From a virus (lineage: Duplodnaviria; Caudoviricetes): a stretch of DNA of 40,191 nucleotides. The position numbers and the translations under genes are program-made. Position 1 is the stretch's first letter. Each line of letters begins with the position of its first letter. Positions 1 through 7,330 of this stretch are shown here, in pieces. Where the stretch lies: IMG/VR virus record IMGVR_UViG_3300036833_000144, positions 1 through 40,191 of that record; one strand, given 5' to 3'. The notes under the pieces were generated by a model, which was not told the DNA's origin, did no database searches, and saw nothing but the letters and a program-made list of their open reading frames with translations.

Positions 1-74
1 AAGGCGCGTGAATACATACGCTAGTAAGGTAATCTTGTCAATAGCGTTGAATAAATAATGTAATCATGTCACAT

Positions 75-422
75 TTATTCTGTCAATGATTTTGTTTCTC
101 TGGCGATCACAGCCATCTCGCGAGGCGTCATCGAGCGCGGCTCTAATAACATAAGTCCAAGTGAAAGGCAATGCTCTCCTAACGGGGTGATCCTGACGAA
201 GTAGGTTCCTCGCTGGCCTAGCTCGGTCGCCGACAAGTCCTCCACCAGACCTCGCTCGATCAGCGGCTTGAATAACTGGTCGATGGTGTATAGCTCGTTC
301 TCGTCCATCAGGCCACGCCAGCCGATCCCGCCATACCTATCGATACCCTTCTGCTCCACCAGACGCTTCAGTAGGCGCTCATGCCTCGGTATCATCCTCA
401 TAAATAAGTCTATGACAGCCAT
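75..422 (-). CDS. putative winged-helix DNA-binding protein
   Basis: ATG at 422 overlaps the upstream stop (ATGA) and follows AAGGGGG; LIERGLVE...YFVRITPLG resembles the helix-wing end of MarR/wHTH folds. Confidence 0.5.
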   Translation of the reverse strand: MAVIDLFMRMIPRHERLLKRLVEQKGIDRYGGIGWRGLMDENELYTIDQLFKPLIERGLVEDLSATELGQRGTYFVRITPLGEHCLSLGLMLLEPRSMTPREMAVIARETKSLTE

Positions 423-631
423 CAAACCCCCTTGTGGACGGTGATGCAACAGCCATTTCTAGCTAACTCTCTCACCTTCTCCAACTCCCATGATCGCCAT
501 TTCGAGGCACAGACGGAACCACAAAACAGGCTCACAAATTGGCCCCGGCCAGACCGAGTAGCGCCCTTCACCTTGCACCACCGGCACAGCGGCAACGGGC
601 CTTCCCACGTCTTTGTGCGCCATTTACCCAC
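422..631 (-). CDS. small Zn-finger protein
   Basis: CRWC...FCGSVC motif; GAGG upstream; coupled to the next gene. Confidence 0.55.
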   Translation of the reverse strand: MGKWRTKTWEGPLPLCRWCKVKGATRSGRGQFVSLFCGSVCASKWRSWELEKVRELARNGCCITVHKGV

Positions 632-663
632 CTCTGGCTACTTTCCCACCCCCTCACACAACC

Positions 664-969
664 TCAGCGCAATATTTTATCCATAATGAAAGATGGTAGA
701 GATGGCGGCATAGGTCTTCTAGTTTTCGATTTTTCCGCTCTAATTTCAAGACGTTCCATATGATTTACCCTTCTCTGTTTTCCTCCTAACGAGATGCAAA
801 TTTCCCCTTTTTCTGCTCCGCATTTAGGACATTGGACCTCTCTAATTTGTGATCGGGTGAGCATACCATTACACTCTCTCCACGCATTCTGCCACTCCGC
901 ATAGTCAGTTTTCCATTTTTGTATCTCACGGATTTGCTGGAACTTACGCCGAGCTAGCCGATCCCTCAT
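664..969 (-). CDS. phage Zn-finger protein
   Basis: CPKCGAEKGEIC...HMER (C3H) motif; start overlaps stop of the initiator gene. Confidence 0.6.
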   Translation of the reverse strand: MRDRLARRKFQQIREIQKWKTDYAEWQNAWRECNGMLTRSQIREVQCPKCGAEKGEICISLGGKQRRVNHMERLEIRAEKSKTRRPMPPSLPSFIMDKILR

Positions 970-1670
970 AACCCACCTCCCGCCCGAATTAACTCCAGAA
1001 GAGTCTTAGGCCGCTCTGCATCCCGCTTTTTGAACGCCTCCACCTCCGCAGGCGTCCATTCCGTGCTCTCACCCCTCCACATGCCAACACAGGCCTCTGA
1101 GAGGCGTCTATCGCGTGCTATCGCTTGATATACCCGCGTTTGCTTGCATTTCTCCCAAAATGACGCCTTCTCTTCGTGCTGCCGCTGAATCCGCTCCCGG
1201 TCCTTTCGGTCTTGCTCACGTCTAGCTTCGTAGGCCGCTCGCGGATTTTCGCGAGGCGGTGTAGTGGTATTTAAAACCTTTCTAATCTTCTGTATGACAT
1301 TTTTGTCACCCCCCTCTTCTAACCCTAATATTTTGTATAAGTTGGTGTGATTCATGAATTGTGACAACCGGCGTTTTATCGCCTGTAGCCACCCGTTTGC
1401 GATCAGCCAGTTCTTCCACCGGATGATCTGGCGAACGCTCTTTCCCAAAGCTCGCGCCATGGTTAGGTTTGAAGGATCGAAAATTCCCCGCCTTGCCTGC
1501 CCCAGCAGGTAGGTCCAAAGCTGCTGCGGTCCCGACTTCATCTTAGCTTTGTGAATGCCGGAAGGTACTGGAACGTAGTCATATCCGACCGCTTCGCGGC
1601 GCATGAATTTAGCGTTATTTGGCTGGGAAAAGTTGCTTTTTTGCGCAGGCGTGACTATACTTCGGGACAT
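966..1670 (-). CDS. HTH-domain phage replication initiator-like protein
   Basis: AGGAGG RBS; PSNLTMARALGKSVRQIIRWKNWLIANGWL...TNLYKI is typical of phage/plasmid initiator wHTH (HTH_36-like) domains. Confidence 0.65.
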   Translation of the reverse strand: MSRSIVTPAQKSNFSQPNNAKFMRREAVGYDYVPVPSGIHKAKMKSGPQQLWTYLLGQARRGIFDPSNLTMARALGKSVRQIIRWKNWLIANGWLQAIKRRLSQFMNHTNLYKILGLEEGGDKNVIQKIRKVLNTTTPPRENPRAAYEARREQDRKDRERIQRQHEEKASFWEKCKQTRVYQAIARDRRLSEACVGMWRGESTEWTPAEVEAFKKRDAERPKTLLELIRAGGGL

Positions 1671-1725
1671 GTGGCCTCCTATGGCCGCTGTGGGTGCTCC
1701 TCAGGGGGGTTACACACGATATGTA

Positions 1726-2149
1726 CTGACTGAATCGGCTCGCAACCGTCAGTCAGGACAGTTCAAGTCTTAATTGATCTGTCAAGTTTGAAACAGTGCG
1801 GCAGCGGAGGCGAGGGTGTAAAGGCCCGAACCATTAATCCCCTGCCGCATTACTTTTGCGGGTAGAGCTATTGCCGGGCCTAAATCGTCCACCGGCAAAG
1901 CTGTTGGGCAAGTCGGCGTGATGCCCGATCCTGCCGCCAAAGTACAAACTCAATGTCGTCGAAGATAAACCCGATAAAAAATTAAGTCCAGTGTTCAACA
2001 TAGCGTTCCTTCTCAAAGTAAGGCAGGAGGGGGAAGCTTTGAGTCTTTCCCCTCCACTGCGCTGAGGATCAGTCAGCGTTTTGCCAGAAACCGTCTCCCT
2101 CCCGGTTGACGTTTGAGAACACTCTATCAGATCGCACGACCTAAAGTGC
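1726..2149. ncRNA. candidate structured RNA leader (stacked hairpins plus a multibranch element)
   Basis: Consecutive inverted repeats at 1726-1756, 1757-1783, 1797-1849, 1866-1902 and 1904-1940, plus a closing stem 2010-2017/2112-2119 enclosing three hairpins. Confidence 0.5.
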
Positions 2150-2175
2150 AACTTTAAGTGTATCTATTTTGATTC

Positions 2176-2427
2176 CTACAACTTGCTGATGTTTGTTCCA
2201 CGGTTCCGCTCCTCGATCAACATCTTCAACCGGGCGAACTTGGAACGGACATAGGTGGGTATGTCGCCCAGTTCGGCCGGGAGGAGTTGCATGTCCGTGT
2301 CGAAGGTCAGGATCGCGGCACAGTTGATGCAGACAGTGAAATCTCCCGGCACTGGCGCGTTGTGGCCGCTGGCGTTGGTGGCCGCGTCCAGCATCACCAT
2401 GCACTTCGGACATAATTGCTGCTGCAT
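2176..2427 (-). CDS. Zn-ribbon hypothetical protein
   Basis: CPKC...PGDFTVCINC; likely ATG at 2427. Confidence 0.6.
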   Translation of the reverse strand: MQQQLCPKCMVMLDAATNASGHNAPVPGDFTVCINCAAILTFDTDMQLLPAELGDIPTYVRSKFARLKMLIEERNRGTNISKL

Positions 2428-2443
2428 CCGGTAAGTGGTGAGA

Positions 2444-2632
2444 TCATCCTCTTTGTTTTTCAATCTGCTCTGCCCTTCCGAACGCCGCAAGCTCGTCCGC
2501 CAGACAATCTTCAATATCACCCAGCGCCGGAAACTCGTGGCGCTCGAAGGCCTCGTCAATTAGGCAAAGAACCGCTTTCGCTGCCTTCTCCGCAAATTGC
2601 TTTTCTCTCTCTTGCTCCATTTTCAACCTCAC
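2444..2632 (-). CDS. hypothetical protein
   Basis: Helical-looking ORF in a co-oriented run; overlaps the next ORF by 77 bp. Confidence 0.45.
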   Translation of the reverse strand: MRLKMEQEREKQFAEKAAKAVLCLIDEAFERHEFPALGDIEDCLADELAAFGRAEQIEKQRG

Positions 2633-2834
2633 TTAAAAAATCCTGCCACTCTTTGATAATGTCTTCGCGCAGTGCAATCAACACAGCCCTTGCCATGATG
2701 TTGCCTAACGCCTCTGATTTCGTCATCTTCCCATGAAGCTGCTTCGCCAGATAGCTCGTAGCGTGGCGCATCGAGTCCAGCGCTGCCAGTTGTTCGTCGA
2801 CGGCGGCAACAAGTTCCCTGCATCCCTCATTCAT
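2556..2834 (-). CDS. hypothetical protein
   Basis: ATG at 2834 overlaps the end of the upstream gene (ATGAATGA). Confidence 0.5.
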   Translation of the reverse strand: MNEGCRELVAAVDEQLAALDSMRHATSYLAKQLHGKMTKSEALGNIMARAVLIALREDIIKEWQDFLSEVENGARERKAICGEGSESGSLPN

Positions 2835-3180
2835 CGTCATCGTCATCCTCGTCTTCGTCCTCGAATTTTTCGGCCTCGTCCAGATCGTCGTCATCGTCAT
2901 CCTCGTCCGGTCCGTTGAACTCAAGCGCGTTGTCGATCACCAGCACGTCACCCACAACGGAGTGGTGAGCGCCATAGACGTAAAGCGCGGTGGCGATGAA
3001 GTTTTTAGGCTTCTGCTTCAACTTACCCTCTTCATCGGTAATCATGTAGTCGCCAGTACGGGTGCGTAGCATCTGGATGTAGCCGCCGACAAGCGCCTGC
3101 ATCTCTTCCAGCAGCCAGTTGGTGCCGTTGGGTGGGGTCAGAACTTCGCGGGTGCCATCAACTCGAATCAGGGTAGCCAT
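2827..3180 (-). CDS. DUF3846-like protein with poly-acidic tail
   Basis: LEEMQALVGGYIQ...DEEGKL...N.IAT...VVGDVLV pattern; GAAGGAG RBS; D/E-rich C-terminus. Confidence 0.7.
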   Translation of the reverse strand: MATLIRVDGTREVLTPPNGTNWLLEEMQALVGGYIQMLRTRTGDYMITDEEGKLKQKPKNFIATALYVYGAHHSVVGDVLVIDNALEFNGPDEDDDDDDLDEAEKFEDEDEDDDDDE

Positions 3181-3525
3181 TTATTCTCCTTCTTTCTCCA
3201 GTACACTCAGCCGTTCCATGTCCGGCCAAAATTCCTTAAGTTGGTCCAGTGTGAGCAGCCGGTTCACCCATTGCATATCCGGCATCATCTCTGCGGGTAT
3301 GAAATGTCCGACCACCTCACCGTGGGGGTTGATGCCTAAGTTGGTGGCTATGTACACGGCGTGGGCAATGCCATGGGCCTTAACGATAACTCCACCGTTA
3401 AAGTCCTCTTCCCCGGCGAAGGATAGATACATCCAATCGGTTCTAGGGTGATCCTCGGCCTCCTGCGCCATCACCTCTTTCAGTCGTTGCATGAACTCAG
3501 CTTGGCTCTCAAACGTCCGTCCCAT
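3181..3525 (-). CDS. hypothetical protein
   Basis: AAGGAGG RBS; abuts the downstream gene. Confidence 0.7.
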   Translation of the reverse strand: MGRTFESQAEFMQRLKEVMAQEAEDHPRTDWMYLSFAGEEDFNGGVIVKAHGIAHAVYIATNLGINPHGEVVGHFIPAEMMPDMQWVNRLLTLDQLKEFWPDMERLSVLEKEGE

Positions 3526-3718
3526 TTTTTGCCTCCTTTTTGGGCCGCAACTTAGCCGTCAAAACTTCAACCAGCCATGAATTGAAGGACATTCCCCTGC
3601 GTTCAGCGAGGCGCTTCATTCTGAGATTGTCTTTGGCGAGGATGCGGATGCTTTGCGTCACATATTTTTCCTCTGGCCTTCGCTTGCCATATTTTTTTTT
3701 TGGACTTTGTATAGTCAT
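3509..3718 (-). CDS. Arc-like ribbon-helix-helix regulator
   Basis: VTQSIRI strand followed by two helices (MKRLAERRGMSFNSWLVEVL); probable leaderless ATG at 3718. Confidence 0.65.
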   Translation of the reverse strand: MTIQSPKKKYGKRRPEEKYVTQSIRILAKDNLRMKRLAERRGMSFNSWLVEVLTAKLRPKKEAKNGTDV

Positions 3719-3735
3719 AAATATGACTATACAAT
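3707..3735. promoter_or_regulatory. 13-bp-arm palindromic operator overlapping divergent promoters
   Basis: TTGTATAGTCATA-AA-TATGACTATACAA; rightward TTGTAT-N17-TACAAT; leftward -10 TATAGT at 3731-3726. Confidence 0.7.
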
Positions 3736-3740
3736 GAGTC

Positions 3741-4160
3741 ATGCAAGATATTGAAAAAACGGTTTTCTTCTCCGTGCCTCTGGTGCCGCAGTCGGTGAAC
3801 CACTATAAGGTGCCAACTGTCTATCGCAAGGGCGTGACCTTCATCCGTAGCTTCCGATTGACGAACGAAGCCAAGGCCTTCAAGGCTGCGGTTGCGGTTT
3901 TCAACCAAGGCCGCACCGTGGCCCCGGCCACGGCCAGCGAGCGCCGCAAGGTGCGATATGAGGTGAAGGTAGATATCTACCTCGGCAAAGGCCAGCGCCT
4001 CGATGCCGACAATTCAGGAAAGTTGATATGCGACAGTCTGGTGGACTGCGGGTGCATCCACTCGGATGCTTTCGTCGCTCCATTCATCGTTACCCCACAC
4101 AAGGATCAACGCTGGAATCCGCACACAGAATTTCAAATAACCCGGCTGGAGGGTAAATGA
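3741..4160 (+). CDS. rusA: RusA-family Holliday junction resolvase
   Basis: PQSVNHY N-terminus and RLDADNSGKLICDSL...SD catalytic pattern (DxDNxxKxxxDxL). Confidence 0.8.
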   Translation: MQDIEKTVFFSVPLVPQSVNHYKVPTVYRKGVTFIRSFRLTNEAKAFKAAVAVFNQGRTVAPATASERRKVRYEVKVDIYLGKGQRLDADNSGKLICDSLVDCGCIHSDAFVAPFIVTPHKDQRWNPHTEFQITRLEGK

Positions 4161-4441
4161 AGGATCGTTGGAAAGAGATCACACCATCTCCGATGCCTTA
4201 CTGCAAGAGCTATAAGTGGGGAGATTGCTGCGTTTTTGTTGGCCAGGAACCGGGGATAGGATGGCACCTTAGCATTTCCCAGCCTTACCGATATCCAACA
4301 TGGGATGAGATAAAAGCCGCACGTTACGATTTACTTCCGCATGACGTGACCATGGCGCTCATACTTCCACCCACCGACGAATATGTGAACGTTCACCCCA
4401 ACTGTTTCCACCTACACCAAATCCGAAATGAGGGTGAATGA
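4157..4441 (+). CDS. conserved phage hypothetical protein
   Basis: WHLSIS...RYPTWDEI...PP..EYVNVHPNCFHL, a recurrent phage motif; ATGA coupling. Confidence 0.75.
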   Translation: MKDRWKEITPSPMPYCKSYKWGDCCVFVGQEPGIGWHLSISQPYRYPTWDEIKAARYDLLPHDVTMALILPPTDEYVNVHPNCFHLHQIRNEGE

Positions 4442-4692
4442 GTCTCGACGATGTAGAGGTGCGCTGTGTGGTGTGTGGGGATGCGGTATCGGTGGAGCGC
4501 AAACGCCGCCGCTCCATCACCTGCACCGATGCTCACGCCAAAATTCGCAACCGATACCTGCGAGCGCGTGCCGAAGCGCGGAAATGCCGCTACTGCGGCC
4601 AGCCGTCGACGCCGGAAGAGAGAAAATCCTTCAAGCGCTGGCGGGAGTGGGAGAAAAAACAAATTGAGGCAGGAGTCGCCAATGAGTGCTAA
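4438..4692 (+). CDS. Zn-binding hypothetical protein
   Basis: CVVC, CxxxH and CRYC motifs; ATGA coupling. Confidence 0.65.
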   Translation: MSLDDVEVRCVVCGDAVSVERKRRRSITCTDAHAKIRNRYLRARAEARKCRYCGQPSTPEERKSFKRWREWEKKQIEAGVANEC

Positions 4693-4960
4693 ATTTAAGT
4701 CGTTCTGGGAGCTTCCAGAGCCAACGCCCTTCGATTACGTCTTCCACGGTGCCGGATTGACCGATCCAGACGGAAAAGATCGCAAGGGCCAACCCTGCCA
4801 ACTCTTCCTTGGCGCTAAGGGTAAAAACACCACCATAGGTTTCAAGGACGGTTACACCGTGACCGTTCCGCGCATCACGGTACGACGAAAACCAGAGGCC
4901 TCGCAATGCTCCTCGTCATCGTTACCTTGCTTGTCGCCCTCATCATCCTCCCGCTCATAG
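4682..4960 (+). CDS. hypothetical protein
   Basis: AGGAG RBS before ATG at 4682 (MSAKFKSFW...). Confidence 0.55.
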   Translation: MSAKFKSFWELPEPTPFDYVFHGAGLTDPDGKDRKGQPCQLFLGAKGKNTTIGFKDGYTVTVPRITVRRKPEASQCSSSSLPCLSPSSSSRS

Positions 4961-5070
4961 ACCTCATCACCGCCGAGCGCATCCGCTATCTCGTCAAAAT
5001 CGTCATCCTAGCCGCCACCGCGCTGTGGGAGCTATTTGAAATCTTCATCGACAAGGTGAGGCTGGTATGA
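4906..5070 (+). CDS. 54-aa two-TM membrane protein (not in ORF track)
   Basis: AGAGG RBS; MLLVIVTLLVALIILPLIDLITAERIRYLVKIVILAATALWELFEIFIDKVRLV; stop overlaps the next ATG. Confidence 0.6.
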   Translation: MLLVIVTLLVALIILPLIDLITAERIRYLVKIVILAATALWELFEIFIDKVRLV

Positions 5071-5255
5071 CCGCCCCCGGTATCACCGATATCTATGCCT
5101 TTGGCGAATGGCTGAAGCGCAATTACATCGGGCAAGACCGCAAAGCCCTCTTCATTCGCCCGATCCAAGGTGGGTTGATCGATGTAAAGATGGTGGAGGG
5201 CAACGCGACGGAAGAAGTGAAGCGGCCTATCGGCATCCTCAGGGAGTCGAAATGA
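5067..5255 (+). CDS. hypothetical protein
   Basis: Coupled on both sides by ATGA overlaps; lies directly before the terminase. Confidence 0.6.
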   Translation: MTAPGITDIYAFGEWLKRNYIGQDRKALFIRPIQGGLIDVKMVEGNATEEVKRPIGILRESK

Positions 5256-6985
5256 AGCACTTTGACTGGAGGCGCTTGCGTGATTCCAGTCAGGAGAAGG
5301 CGGACAATCGCCTATGGCGTGCGCAGCTTACCGCGATGGTGCTGGACAACGAAGACCTTCGCGAAGATGGCCGTCGCGTCTGCCAGAACAACCTTCTAGC
5401 GTTGCTTTATGTTTTGGGCTACTGCATGGTGACGGACGAAGTTCACCACGAAGCCCTGCACTTCTTCCCTGCGATCGATCCCAACAAAAACGTCGGCGAA
5501 CTGGGCAACGGCATCAAGCGGCGGCGCTCGCTGCTGTTGCCGCGCAATACCTACAAGACCACCATCGATATCGGCTACTGCGTTCAACTCATCCTGAACT
5601 ACTACATGACCATCTCTATCCTGCTCATGTCGGGGGGCAAGGAACTGTCGATTGCCTTCGTCGACCAGATCGCCAGCTTCTTCGTGCGCTCCGGCAACCG
5701 GCCCCTGACCCTGTTTCAGGCCCTCTTTCCCGAACTGTGCATCCTCCGGCAGCGGGAGTCCGGCATCTTCACCGCAGCGCTCAGGCAACGCGATCCCAAG
5801 ATCATCGAACCGCTGCTGTGGGCCAACTCCATCGATTCGGCGACAACCGGCTGGCATCCCGATGTGCTGATCTTCGACGATCTCGCCAATAACCGGAACA
5901 GCACTACCTTTACCGCACGCAAGCGCATCACCAAAGCCTACAAACTCAGCCGCAAGGTGTTGAAGCCTACCGGCTTCGAGGTCGTCATCGGCACGCCATA
6001 CGGCAATGGCGATATCTTCAACGACCAGTTGCTCACCGCACGCCCCGGAAGCTATGACCGGGTGTTCAAGCCAGCCCTGCGACTCAGGAGCGGCGCTCGC
6101 CTCGATCCCAACGGCTTCCCTGCCGAAGAAGAAGTCGAACTGCTGTTCCCGTCGATCCTCAGTTACGACTTTTTGCGCGAGGAGTACGAGTCCGATTACG
6201 CCAGTTTCATGTCGCAATATCTTCTCGACAGCTACGGCGCTGCCGAGATCATCTTTGGCGAGCGCGAGATTATGGAAGCCATGATCGACGAGAACCGGAT
6301 ACCGATGGAAGGCGCGGCGACGATTGCCTTCCGCCTGCCCTGCCGCTCGCAGAAGTGGGAGACGGTATCGGGGGCGGTGGGGATCGAGCACCACAACCGC
6401 ATGTATATCGTGGATGTGATTCAGGGGCACTACAAGCCCTCGGTGATGGCCAAAACGATCCATGACCTCGCCCGGAAGCACGGACAGCACCTGATAGCCA
6501 TCGAAGACTCGCCGGGGGCACGTCTTATGCAGCCTGCCATCGACAATTACGCGCTGTCGACGGGATGGCCGGTTCGTATCAGGTGGACGCCCTTCACCGA
6601 AGATGCAGGCGAGCGCGATATCCGCATCCGCTCCATGGAGGCCCTGATCGCTACCTCAAGGCTGCTGTTTTCGACCGGCATCAAGACTAAACCGCTGATT
6701 ACAGGATTTTTGGAGTACGGCATGAGTGATGAAACTGGCCTGCCGGACGTGATCTCGCAGGTTGCCGACAGACTGCCAATCTCGGTAGCCAGCAACCGTA
6801 CCGATGACGAGGCGGCGTGGGAGATGATGCGCGAGCGCGATCACTTCAATCTGGTTTACGGCAAAGGGCCGTATGCACCAGCGCCACTAGAGCCGGAAGT
6901 CAGGGAGATCGAAGCCGAGTACATCGAGGACCAGAAGCTAACTGCGCAGGGCCTTGAAGTTCTCATACCGGGTTTGGAATATTGA
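5252..6985 (+). CDS. terL: terminase large subunit (nuclease domain degenerate)
   Basis: Walker A-like PRNTYKTT, Walker B GWHPDVLIFDD, coupling motif VIGTPY, FMSQYL; precedes the portal; GGAG RBS before ATG at 5252. Confidence 0.85.
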   Translation: MKHFDWRRLRDSSQEKADNRLWRAQLTAMVLDNEDLREDGRRVCQNNLLALLYVLGYCMVTDEVHHEALHFFPAIDPNKNVGELGNGIKRRRSLLLPRNTYKTTIDIGYCVQLILNYYMTISILLMSGGKELSIAFVDQIASFFVRSGNRPLTLFQALFPELCILRQRESGIFTAALRQRDPKIIEPLLWANSIDSATTGWHPDVLIFDDLANNRNSTTFTARKRITKAYKLSRKVLKPTGFEVVIGTPYGNGDIFNDQLLTARPGSYDRVFKPALRLRSGARLDPNGFPAEEEVELLFPSILSYDFLREEYESDYASFMSQYLLDSYGAAEIIFGEREIMEAMIDENRIPMEGAATIAFRLPCRSQKWETVSGAVGIEHHNRMYIVDVIQGHYKPSVMAKTIHDLARKHGQHLIAIEDSPGARLMQPAIDNYALSTGWPVRIRWTPFTEDAGERDIRIRSMEALIATSRLLFSTGIKTKPLITGFLEYGMSDETGLPDVISQVADRLPISVASNRTDDEAAWEMMRERDHFNLVYGKGPYAPAPLEPEVREIEAEYIEDQKLTAQGLEVLIPGLEY

Positions 6986-6996
6986 AAGGAGACAAC

Positions 6997-7146
6997 ATGG
7001 CTAAAGCAGGCAGAGCACTGAAAAAGATGAGCGGATCGAAGCTGCGCAAGGCTGCATTATCCCCCGGCGCACCCCGTCGACTGACCGCCAAGAGCCATCT
7101 CGTTAGCGGGGGCAAGCCTACCTTCAGGCCTCGGATGGGACGGTAG
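6997..7146 (+). CDS. 49-aa highly basic protein (not in ORF track)
   Basis: AAGGAG RBS; MAKAGRALKKMSGSKLRKAALSPGAPRRLTAKSHLVSGGKPTFRPRMGR has 14 K/R and no D/E. Confidence 0.65.
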   Translation: MAKAGRALKKMSGSKLRKAALSPGAPRRLTAKSHLVSGGKPTFRPRMGR

Positions 7147-7190
7147 CGGCAGAAACCTTAAGATTTAAGCGAAAAAGTAGCGAAAGGTAA

Positions 7191-7219
7191 TTGAAATAAA
7201 GGTTACGAGGGTGTAGTTT
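7191..7219 (+). promoter_or_regulatory. putative sigma70-type promoter for the structural operon
   Basis: TTGAAA-N17-TAGTTT in an A-rich intergenic stretch before the portal. Confidence 0.5.
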
Positions 7220-7330
7220 AGCGGCAAACGAACAGCGCTTTACCCAAAGCGCTCATGGTGTGCGCGGCAGTGGCGACCTAAATCCGCCCGAACCCGACAA
7301 GAGAACTTATCGGTGTGAGGTGTATTTGCG

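Noticed and set aside
2010-2119. Multibranch element as a tRNA
   Set aside because: About 110 nt, no TTCRA T-loop or canonical D-loop, and arm sizes do not fit
5108-5251. N-terminal extension of the terminase ORF
   Set aside because: Overlaps the coupled 5067-5255 gene; ATG 5252 has an SD and an ATGA overlap
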